A stretch of 63,607 nucleotides of DNA, filler included, from Choristocarpus tenellus KU-1152 (Eukaryota > Protista > Phaeophyceae): assembly GCA_964200185.2 (NCBI GenBank). It is 12 parts of 12 records of this genome, joined end to end, with 100 filler letters (N's around TTAATTAATTAA, not from the genome) between each part and the next. Parts side by side here need not be neighbours in the genome. Positions count along the whole stretch, not along the records: positions 46,502 to 59,834 come from CAXNAD020001523.1; positions 59,935 to 63,607 come from CAXNAD020018589.1; 10 more parts are not named here. One strand, given 5' to 3'. Position 1 is the stretch's first letter. Every line of letters starts with the position of its first letter. This document shows, in pieces, positions 53,353-63,607 of this stretch. Below the pieces are notes generated by a model. The model had not been told where the DNA came from. It searched no databases and saw only the letters and a program-made list of their open reading frames with translations. The position numbers and the translations under genes are program-made.

Positions 53353-53649
53353 AGCGGATGACTGGGGTCACATTACACACAATTGCCATCAGTCAGAAGT
53401 GATGGTGAACAGGGAGTGGCAGCTCTTGATGATAGACAGCGGCAGTTGTCATGATAGTGGCTATGTCTGTGTAACCAGTAAAACTGAGTAGGATCTTGTG
53501 AGCTCCTTCATAGATGATTAGAAATCGGGTGAATAAATCCACTCTTGGCGTCCTCTGTAGCACATGACCAGAGCCAAATACGCCCTATGCCCGATTGCAT
53601 GGCCACATCCACTATTGTATATTTGACACATGTATGTTGGGGATTGGTT

Positions 53650-56059
53650 TTGCTCAGCATTGAAACCAGGTGCATTTTCTTGATGACTTCCTTCTGATTG
53701 GTGGTAATCTTATCAATGACTCCTTACCAGACAGCAGACAGGTTAAGCGCCTGGTACCTGAGGAAGGTCTACCCATTCATGTTGTGCTGTGGTGTATGAG
53801 AACGACAACAACCCTAGTATCCCTTTGATACATTGTTCAGTGTCATCGTAGTCACCCAGCTGACGCACTGAAATGTAAGAAAACAAGTTCTTGATTTTAT
53901 CAGCAAAACATTCCTCCTGTCATTTGCTGGAAGTCATCACAGTCTGTGTCATGGAAGGATTGGTCAAATTACACTGACCAATAAGGAGACAGGAGGGGCG
54001 AGATTGTGTTGAAATTTGTTTGCAAGTTTCTCCCTCCAAAGACACTCTTGGGGGTAAGCACTATGTTTGTCCCACGTCAGGCATCACCATTGGAGGGCAT
54101 GGTGTTGTCTGCGCAGGTCACACTGCATCTAAACCATCCTTGCTTTCAAGATTTGCACCTTGTTGACACTGTGGATTTATTATTCCTGGTAATAATTGTG
54201 ATGAGTTGAATTGCTAGAGAGGAAAAACATGTCACTTTATTTGAGAGTTGAAATTTCAATGCCGGACACTAGTTACTAGGACTCTTGGACTTTTTGAGCT
54301 TTAAACTTCAGTGATTCCAGTCTTAAACAGCATTACTACTGATAGTACCAATAAAGTTTACCAGCTGGACCTTGATAGATGCCAGCCCTAGCAATATATA
54401 CCTGAATTCACTTGATTTGACACAATATTTCGTTGATGAATTGTATAGTTAAAAAAATAAATATCAACCTCAATGCTCACCTGTGACCCAGTTGAAAGAT
54501 GCCTTTACCTTGGTTGGCCCTTGGTCTGGTCCCTTTGAAGAGGATTCCCCCCCAGGTTGGCCCAGTATAATAACATTTTATGGGCTGGCTCTTTAAAAAA
54601 GAATTATACCCTGGGTCAGCGCCATTGTACAAAAGGTTAACCATCTGTACTAATACTATCATTTCAACTAGTATTTTATATTTTGTGTATGTAGAAATTA
54701 TTTGTAACATCATATGAGCTCTTTCCCCTACAAGTTTTGAAAAGTGAATGATACCTGCTGACAAATAATGAACACACAAATGCATCAGGAATAATATTAT
54801 CTAGTAAATATTTCACGTTTTTGAAGACTGCATTGAGTGATGACTCCCCCACACTAATGACACAGGACTCACTACACACCTTCCTTCCGATCATAATACG
54901 TAGCACATACTCCGTCACTAGGACTTGAGAGAACTCGGAAGTATCATACAATTACTAAGTGTGGAAGTTACTCCAGAGTAGAAGAAATTTGTTGAGCATT
55001 GCAGGGATCACATACTACAGTACTCTTAAGTTACAGTTTCACTCTAGAGTAGTAGGTACAACACAACATATTATCTCTCAATTTTGGGTATGCACATACG
55101 TAAGAGAAGTCTACTTGAGTAGTTTGTTGCCTTCATTCCATGATGTGACTTGGGCAGCTCATACACACTTCCTATCCATAGCAGATCCCTCCACAATCGA
55201 TATATGATCAGATCTTTGAGAGTTTGCTCACCACACGCAGGTATGTACTTAATACATATTTCATTCATCTCCTTGGAACCATGGTTGGGAAGGACGTTCA
55301 CAGGTGGGGATACCACAAATAAGGGGTCCATCGGAAATCACACAACAATGACTAGAGTAATGTGCACTATACACATGTACCTGTAAGCATTCTGTGAGAA
55401 CTACATCCAATCAATGCTCACACATAAATACTGTGTGGACAGAGGGTTGATGAAAGTGCCATGCTGCAGGCATAAATCACATCCTTGAAGAGAATACTGA
55501 GGTTGATGTCTGGTAGAGTTTGTGCATTATATGCACACAGTACTTAATCCTCGTCTTGTTCAAGTGGATATCTTTGTTTGCAAAGCTCTAACTCTTACAC
55601 AGAATGCCAAAACATATGTTTGAGAACAGCACAAATCACTGAGTTCTTCACAACATACCAAACCTAAAGAGAACAAATCGTAATCAGTTTTTCACAGCAG
55701 TTGCAGATCAGGAGAAGCACATGACCTTCAATTCAAGTCTGCTCTATCCATAACAATATTAGTTACCAGAGAAATGCGGCCTGCTGTAGAGCCTTATGAT
55801 TAATAATTCAAAACAAAATGGAACTAAATAGATTTTTTTTTACTCTGTCACTCCCTCTGTGTGTTTCTCGCCAGCCAGCAAGAAGCAAATGGTCTATAAC
55901 CAACAGCAATCGGGTCAACACCGTCGTGTTGTCAGAGCTGCCCTACAGCATAAGCATATGGAGCTTCCCATAATGGAATAGCTCTATATCACCACTGCAG
56001 GGAGATCTGAATCCACACACACATTGTCATACCTCTGAACCACCCACAATACACTAACA

Positions 56060-56107
<48 letters not shown>

Positions 56108-56515
56108 TTACCCCTGTGATAACGGAAAAAACTATATCCTGTGATCAATCCCACTTTCCCCTCTGCCCTGTAATAATTTACCCTGCAACTCATACACTTA
56201 GGCAGCATACATGACATGACCAAACACAACTAAACACATTATGTCGATAAGTTGATAAGTTGATAAAATCACCACTTAAGGGTAAAATTGTCATTCTCCC
56301 TCACATCCTCAATTTAACCTTGATGAGCAATTAACACAAATGCCCACATATTAGAATCGACATTTTTCCCTTTGAGGCGAATGAATAAAATCTTCCTCCT
56401 GTCATGACATCAAGCATACATCTCCCCCTTGTGGTGACCTAGGGACAACAACCCATGATTAGTTGCAGCACAGACATCATGCACGCATGCACGCACGTAT
56501 ACACACACATTAGTT

Positions 56516-56579
<64 letters not shown>

Positions 56580-59500
56580 GGCACTAGCATCACAGCAATA
56601 CATTCAATGTCATAAGCATGTGGAGCTCTCTACTCATACAGAAACATTTCTGTGTCCAAAGGAGATGCTAGAATTTAACATATTAACTACTTCACTGCCT
56701 TCTCCTCTTCCTCCTCTTCCCCGTCTACCCTCTCCCCCTCCCGGCTTGCTTGAATGTCATTCGCTTTAGTCACATTACATGTTGCACGTCAAAGGTGGTA
56801 TCACACATCAACCTCAAGAAAAGCATTTCCTCCATTTCCTCCACTCAAGCATAGTTTACAGCGCTTCAGCTACTCGCTCCAATCATGCCCAGGGATACAC
56901 TGGAAGGAGAAGGAGTGTAGTAGGGAAGTGGAGAGGAAGTCATGGGTAAAAGAAAGATAGTTGCACTGGCTGGGGTGTTGAATTGAAGATGACCTGCCAG
57001 AGCAATTTGACCATTGACCAGTATTCCTTGCCACTATAAAGAAATAGAGAGTGTATGACTCAATTTACTCCACGCAGTCCTATGATCAGCAAAACTATTA
57101 CTCACCACACTAAACATTCTCCAATAAGGACTTGCTATATTTTGAGCTGTCCTGGGCCTAGTCCCTGTAGGCGTGCCTCTCTACATATGTTTATGGTCTC
57201 AACAAGTACCCCAACCTTACGAGCGCTACAAGCACAGCAGAGAATGATCTATTTCCCCAAAAGAAAACTACAGTCTACCAATATCTCATTCCTTGGAAAT
57301 AATAATGCATCTAGTTCATTGAATACCTACACAAATGCATTAATCCTCCATATTGGTCATAGTGGACACACTCTCCATGCACATGGACCCCTCTTTTCTA
57401 ATAATATTTTTACCAATAATTTTCTTACCAAACCTACACGCTGAAGTTGCTTATCACCCGACAGCAGGCACCCAACACAAGATAGGAAAATGGGCTGGCA
57501 ACTACAACATAACACACCTCTATTGCTGTTGATTCATAAAAGGAATCAGGCTTGTCCCCTTTCCCTCCTCTTCATCAAAATTCATCACCCCTCCTCCCAT
57601 TCATTTACTACTACAAATAGGGAGATAGCTGGTAGAGTTGCACTCTATTCAGGGTCAGACGCACCTCTCTCAACTCGAAGTTGGGCTCTGCCCATGTTCA
57701 CAAGCTCCGTCAATCAAGGTCAGTTCAGCTGTAATCACTTCAACAGCCTCGTCTATGGACCTGAAGGGCTGGAAGTTGTCGTTCACAGGTATCACCCGAC
57801 CAGGGGGGCTATTCCTTGCAGCATGGGCGGCTGTGTGGCGGACACATTTGCTGTGCTCAGAGAGCAATTCCTCCTGCGTCAAGGGTGAGGTGTGTGTGCA
57901 TTCTTAGAGCTTTGAGGGGGAGCATCGGCCCTATTATCTGCTCTCATGGCGAATGGCGCGATGGATGAGGGCAGGGGGTAGTGGAGAGGACAAATGGGGG
58001 GAGGTTGTGGTTGTCAATGTGGAGGTTATTTATGGATTTGGTTTATGTAAGGTGGTGAAGGCCCAGTGTACTACTCTAAAGCACACAAGGAATGTCGTAA
58101 GAAAGATTGAGATAAAACAAACACTGAAGATGGTGACTAATGGAGCTGTTTGTCAAAACATACCACAAGTAAAATGGATACTATTGTATCTCGCTTGTGG
58201 TATTGGCAGTTGAAGTTCATTCCTTCTGCCTCTCCTTTCACTAACCCCTTGGAGGTACTACTACAGTACAAGGTGTCTGCAGCTATTACTAGATGTAAAC
58301 TTGTGGAGCAATAGCTATAACTGTCACTGTACACTACTTCAACATGAAACAAATACCCACTCATTCCACCTTGTCGGAAAAACAAAGGCAGGCAAAAAAA
58401 AGATAAACCACAGTCCATTTTGCCCACCTTCAGCAAAATATAAAAATTACACAAACACACACACAAAGAAGAGCCAGCACATATAGGTGCCTGATGCACC
58501 GAACCTGTTAGCCTGCCACCCAGGGACACTGAAATTCTGGTGATCGCCATACAGATACACAAAAAGAAAATATGCACAAAATGGAAAAAGAAACATGTTT
58601 GTAGCGGTTGAATTGTAGAAACTCTGCTAACATACCCTCTCCATTTTACCTTTACTGGCATGTGGGGTCCGCAGTCTATTACAAGCTTTCATGCTACTAT
58701 GCAGCAGTGCACTGTGTTGAAGTCAAGAGGACATACGGAGGCTGCGAATCTACTCTGATCACTCAACCACGTCCAAGGAGTTTCGAGAAGGTATTCCACT
58801 ATGTTCTTCATGCTATCAATAACAGCACAAGGTTGTAGCATGCAAGGTTGTAGCATGGAGTGCAAGGGACAAAACGTTCGTCACAAGAATACACCCTCCA
58901 CTGAGTCAAGCACTCCTGTAAAAACACATCATGCCAGGAAGAAGGGTAGAGCTATATTGTGGGGACTCAAAGGCTAAGTTAAATAACAAGGGAGCCTATC
59001 TCTCCGATGGCGGTAGTTCTATAGTTGCAGTCTTTGTTGAAGGGTAGCAGGCTGCAACTCCAGCCCATAAATATAGACCAAACATCAACAATAAGGAAGG
59101 CTAAATGTTTTTTAGTGGATACTTTAAGTACCCCTAGAGCATAAGAGTTGTGACCCTATGCCCTAACCCTAGACTAGAACAATTATGCATCCTGCGAAGG
59201 TCTGAATGACACACTGCCCAACTCATCCCAACTTCCTCACTTGGGCCTCCAGGGTGCTATACACCTCATTGCTGATGACATTAATCTCACCCATGAGATC
59301 TGGGGGGAGGATAGGGTACCCTGATGCTGCATTTTCCTTCCATCATTGGGGTATGCGTAAGAAGGGGACCATGGGATTAATTAGTTTGCAGGAGGGGATG
59401 TGTGCATGCTTTGGGGGCAAAAGGAAGTCAATGTTACAGAAGGAAACAATCGTTTATGAAATATTTTAGTTTCTTCACCCTACCCCACCTGGTACTTGCT

Positions 59501-59834
59501 TGAATACAAACCAAACACAGACATAGATCACAAGACCGTACATACCTGCATGGCCTTGTTGAGCTCTCCCACTGATATTGTCCGTAATATCACCTCAGCT
59601 ATGTATACATCACCTCATAGCTTACCTCATAGCTGGCTTCCAGTTGAAGATCTTGGGATCGGTGCTCTTTCCGTGCCCCCAGATTGCCCAGGGCCTTGAG
59701 TCTTGGTTTTACCTATTGCATTGATAGAGATCTAGCCTCAAGTCTCGGCCATCACTGGCTGCAACCCAAGCATTCATTGTATGCCTGGGTGTTGGTGGTC
59801 TCGATTCATTGGATGAAGGGATTGGAGGCACCTC
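53650..59834 (-). pseudogene. Multi-exon decayed gene, probable KDZ-class transposase relic
   Basis: Splice-flanked stop-riddled segments: VYPWA*LERVAEAL*TML (~56890), RKEGV**VLCH*CGGVITQ (~54880), CDLRRQ (~54120), CNLTNPS...EECFA (~53950), HNMNG*TFLRYQ (~53780). Order resembles KDZ core motifs. Confidence 0.35.
56518..56578. repeat. (CA)n microsatellite; others at ~427, 9422, 52806, 56063; (GA)n at ~10410; (AAT)n at ~262; (AAAGT)n at ~49517
   Basis: Direct reading. Confidence 0.95.
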
Positions 59835-59954
59835 NNNNNNNNNNNNNNNNNNNNNNNNNNNNNNNNNNNNNNNNNNNNTTAATTAATTAANNNNNNNNNN
59901 NNNNNNNNNNNNNNNNNNNNNNNNNNNNNNNNNNGTGAGAGTTGATGGTGGAGA

Positions 59955-60147
59955 GGGGTTAAAGTATCTGGGGGGGGGGTGGGGGGGCGGGTGGTTTGTG
60001 AGGGGGCGTCTGTTTCGGTCAAACAACTCTTATTTTTGCTGACATTTCAAATCCACGTACGACCAAATCACACCAAAAAAGTGTAAATCGAGAAAAGGGT
60101 GAAAAACGGACACCGACACCTCCCCCCCCCCAGATACTTTGAGACCC
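59955..60147 (+). mobile_element. MITE family B, apparently complete ~190-bp copy
   Basis: GGGGTTAAAGTATCTGG-polyG ... polyC-CCAGATACTTTGAGACCC, with AGA on both flanks (possible 3-bp TSD). Confidence 0.75.
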
Positions 60148-62939
60148 AGAGTTAATATCAGTTGGCACAAAAGTGATTGCATAGGTCACTTCGGCTCCAT
60201 CTCAACACTCGTCATCTTTTGCTGGAAATTCAGTCAATCATGGCCAAGTGAAACCATATCTCTACGGAGATAGTGAACGGCAGTTTGGTCCTGCGCTTTT
60301 GTGGTGATGACTTTGGTGCCTAAGTGTTGAAGGTGTATTAGGTACCAGGAAGTCATATGGGTGATAGTGGTGACAAACTCAGCAGCACCCTCTGGTGCAT
60401 GCTGTTCAGGCAGATAGATGACGGCGTAGTATATATTGTTTTTGATTAACTCATGTAAGATAACTTGAACTTTTCTTATTCCTCCATCCAATCTCACATT
60501 GGTTTCACTTTCCTCTATGAAAGTATTGTTTTTTTACACTATGGTGTTCACAGCCATCGCCAAACAATTTGGGAGGAGAAGAAAAAATGGTTTTGTCATA
60601 TGAGGGATGAATAATAGGACAAAGAAAAAAGAAAAGAGATCAGAAACAACTTTCTACGTAATAGGAATCTAAAACGAGAACTTCTGGAGCAAGTGTTGCC
60701 ATAATAACATCTATTTGTTGCAAGTTGTTGTCGTTCCAGTTCACCTTTAATCATAGTGGCGATGGCGGTGACAACAAGTCAGTAAGAAATATAGCGGTAC
60801 ATACGCAGTAAGTAGTGGTCGTAGTGGTAGTAGTAGCGCAAGAAAAAAAGGGGCGGTGGTAGTAGTAGAGGTGGTAAGTAGAGGTCTAGCACGTTTTTTT
60901 AAATACAAAAAATAACATATCGACACTTTATCCCTGTCAATTTTGGGTCAAGCCCATCCTCAATGAAAAGCTCCATCCTCAATTTTCGAAATCGACTGTT
61001 TAGTATCAATTACTCCGGAGAATATTATTTTGAATGGAGCTTCGCTTTAACCATATTATGTAGATGAGTACAAAATATAATATTCAATAGTGTTGTGTAC
61101 ACAGAACATCACAATTTCCAAACCCTTTTAGTATTTGTACTATAGCTGGTATTCAAGTAGTAAATGGATATGTCTTTAGCATTTACGACATCTGTTACTT
61201 TTGCAGGGGGTCCTTGTGATATCGGTTTGACGTTTTTCCTGACATATCTGCAAGATGTCAGAGGACATAAAAATATATAATATTCACACGTACTGCCATA
61301 AATATTACTATGACGATATCAGGGAAAATTCCAGTTGAAATACTTCAACAGGTTGAATTTCGCCAGTAACAATAATAATAGGTCATGTTTCCAAATATAC
61401 TATCTTTATTGTTCTTCTTGTTACAGTTGTTATTTCTACGACTACAATAATAGTAGTAGTTTGTGGGAAAGTGACCAGATCTAGATCATAACTAGTTGTA
61501 CATGCAACAGCTGTGCCCTGACGAGAATGATGTATAGCAACAACAACACACCACCAACAAAGAATATATTATCATATTTTTAGAGAGAGGATAATCACGA
61601 TGATGACCACGAATGAGGTGATGAAATAATGACTGGTGATGGTGGTGGTGGGAAGTGGACAGAATCCACAAACCTAACCATAACATTAATCAAACCACTC
61701 AAAAAAACGAGTCAAACCAATTGAGAGGTAGTCGTAAAATTGACATTTCCCCCTTTCCACACACAAAGCGACACCAAATTTCAGCAAAAGCTCTTTATTT
61801 AGTACTTGTACAAAATTGCACATTTTTTTCATTTCTCGGGATCCTTAAAATGCAACCCCGCCTACCTCTCAGTTGGTTTGACTCAACAAACAGAACGAGA
61901 AGCAATGGGCCAGGACACTGCCCAATTAAACTTCTTTAGTATCACGGTCTGTTGTAGTCGTTTACATTTCTTTTGCGCTGCTCTTTCACGCAAAAAAGAT
62001 GGAGTGAGAGGTGGCTCCTGCTTGCAACGTTGCAATTCAGAACTACTTGCATCAAGGAGTGCCTCACTGATTTACAGGTTGGAACTGTAAGAGCACATTT
62101 TCCAGTCGAAATTGCGGGGACTCATTCTAATGAAATAAGTGATTCTCAAGTCCAACAGGAGCTGATATTTTGTTGGCCAAATAACTATGAATAGCTGGGT
62201 AATGCATGCACTCAACTATGTGCAGCCTACAGTGGTAGAGTGCTATGCATGGTGCCCAGAAGGAATCACTTCCACCTTCCATCTATACCTGTGATTATGC
62301 AACACATCGAGGACAGACAACGATGATTGGCCATCTGGATTGAAGGGCTCTCTTCCCACCTCCACTCGTGCAATTGGTACAAGGATAATTGAAATGACCT
62401 TGAGTAGACAGAACTAATACATACTTCATTTTATTGACAGTGAGAGCAGCACGACAAGTAATTGTGGTAGCAGTACTAATATTTACATTTGCTGATTAGA
62501 AGTGTTATGGCTTCTACTGCTAAAATGGCACATTGCATGTAATATGTCTTACGTATGTTCCATATACTACTTCCTCCATTCGGAATGAAATGTAACATCA
62601 CGTTTGCAAGCTCTGTTCCCGCCTGGGAACGACCCAGGTGATAAACTCTCAGGAAGAGGTTTAGCTCTCGTATAGATTGGGAGGCATGCAGAGTTTGAGA
62701 TGGTGGGCTGTGATGGCTGTGGAGGATCACCAGTGCTAAGTCGACCAAGCCGCCTTTGGTATGGTTCAATAATCTTGTGAAAATGATAAAGCGGTTGTTA
62801 TTGGGATGCCTAGGACGAAGGTCCTCCGTTGTTTGAGCGGCTCGCTAATCCCATCGTCACCCATCCGTCCAATTCTTCCGACCAGGAGTCTGTCCTGGGT
62901 CAGGACTCAAACACCCAGACGAAGAACAGTGTGGTGGCG

Positions 62940-63429
62940 TGATACCTTGAGGCGAGAGGGCGTGAAACTCAGGCACCTTCGGGATGGTGGTGGTTATCGT
63001 GAAGGACTTCAGAATTTCTCGAATCACCGTGTCCCGTCATCTGAAGGAAGTATGACAGTCAAATCGCATGGGATGAATTCATGGTCCTTTGTACGACATC
63101 GCAAGGGGCGATGTGGCTGCTGTACAAGCAAGCATCCTTGACGTTTGGGATGTCCCATCGATACACCGCACAATCTTCTGCAAAAGGGTGGCCAGAGCTG
63201 GGGTCTCCCATGCCTCGGTGTGGGATCTGTGCAAGTGCAAGAAGGTGAAGAAGGTCAAGTGATGGATTAAGCCAGCCCTCTGAGACCAGCAGAAGTCATC
63301 AGGGCTGGTTCCGTCATCAGTCACACTACAGAAGGGGGGGAGTGGGGTATTAGTGGACGATCTATATGACTTGGTGCATATGGACGAGAAGTGGTTGCAC
63401 ATTATCGAAGATGGGCAAGGTATGTACCT
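62940..63429 (+). mobile_element. Tc1/mariner DD39D-type transposase pseudogene (N-terminal half)
   Basis: RHRKGRCG...VKKVK*WIKPAL*DQQK...DDLYDLVHMDEKWLHIIEDGQGMYL; same family as the 24030-24420 remnant. Confidence 0.8.
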
Positions 63430-63607
63430 GAGTGAAAGTATCTTAGAGGGTACGAGTTATTCCCTCTTTGTCTATTTGAGGCTTGGCTTCCCATGGGGTT
63501 TTTTATGGCATTTTCCTACTCCAAAATGTTTTGGAGTAGGTAAAATGTTTACGTTATGAAAAGGTGTGTCTCAAACATAGATATTGACACTTCCTAACAA
63601 ACACGAT
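63430..63607 (-). mobile_element. MITE family A copy in reverse orientation, nested in the mariner pseudogene, cut by the window end
   Basis: Begins GAGTGAAAGTATCTTAGAGGGTACGAG, the reverse complement of the right end of 24891-25148. Interior is colinear. Confidence 0.9.

Overview
This is eukaryotic, intron-rich DNA and is not one locus. Twelve short contigs are joined by an artificial 100-nt linker (44 N + TTAATTAATTAA + 44 N) at 5594, 9155, 14170, 19462, 22341, 26437, 33943, 36911, 41937, 46402 and 59835, so adjacency across linkers means nothing. Gene style (many short exons, CA/GT microsatellites, scattered TTAGGG, Gly-rich insertions) suggests a brown alga or related stramenopile; this is inference. 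Host genes reconstructed by manual splicing: a complete 11-exon RCL1, partial WDR75/UTP17, a partial VPS13-family gene, a secreted S8 subtilisin, a CTFxP-repeat protein, and a head-to-head pair (Q/P-rich protein and Zn-ribbon protein). The rest is mostly decayed mobile DNA: an intron-rich DDD transposase-like pseudogene (DUF7869/Sola-like motifs) with a possible C-terminal reader domain, DD39D-type mariner remnants, a Tudor-like pseudogene, a probable spliced KDZ transposase relic, and two MITE families sharing an AAAGTATCT terminal core. One MITE sits inside a TTLL exon with a 3-bp TSD. A ~290-nt foldback in RCL1 intron 6 is a candidate miRNA precursor. No rRNA, tRNA or CRISPR array was seen.
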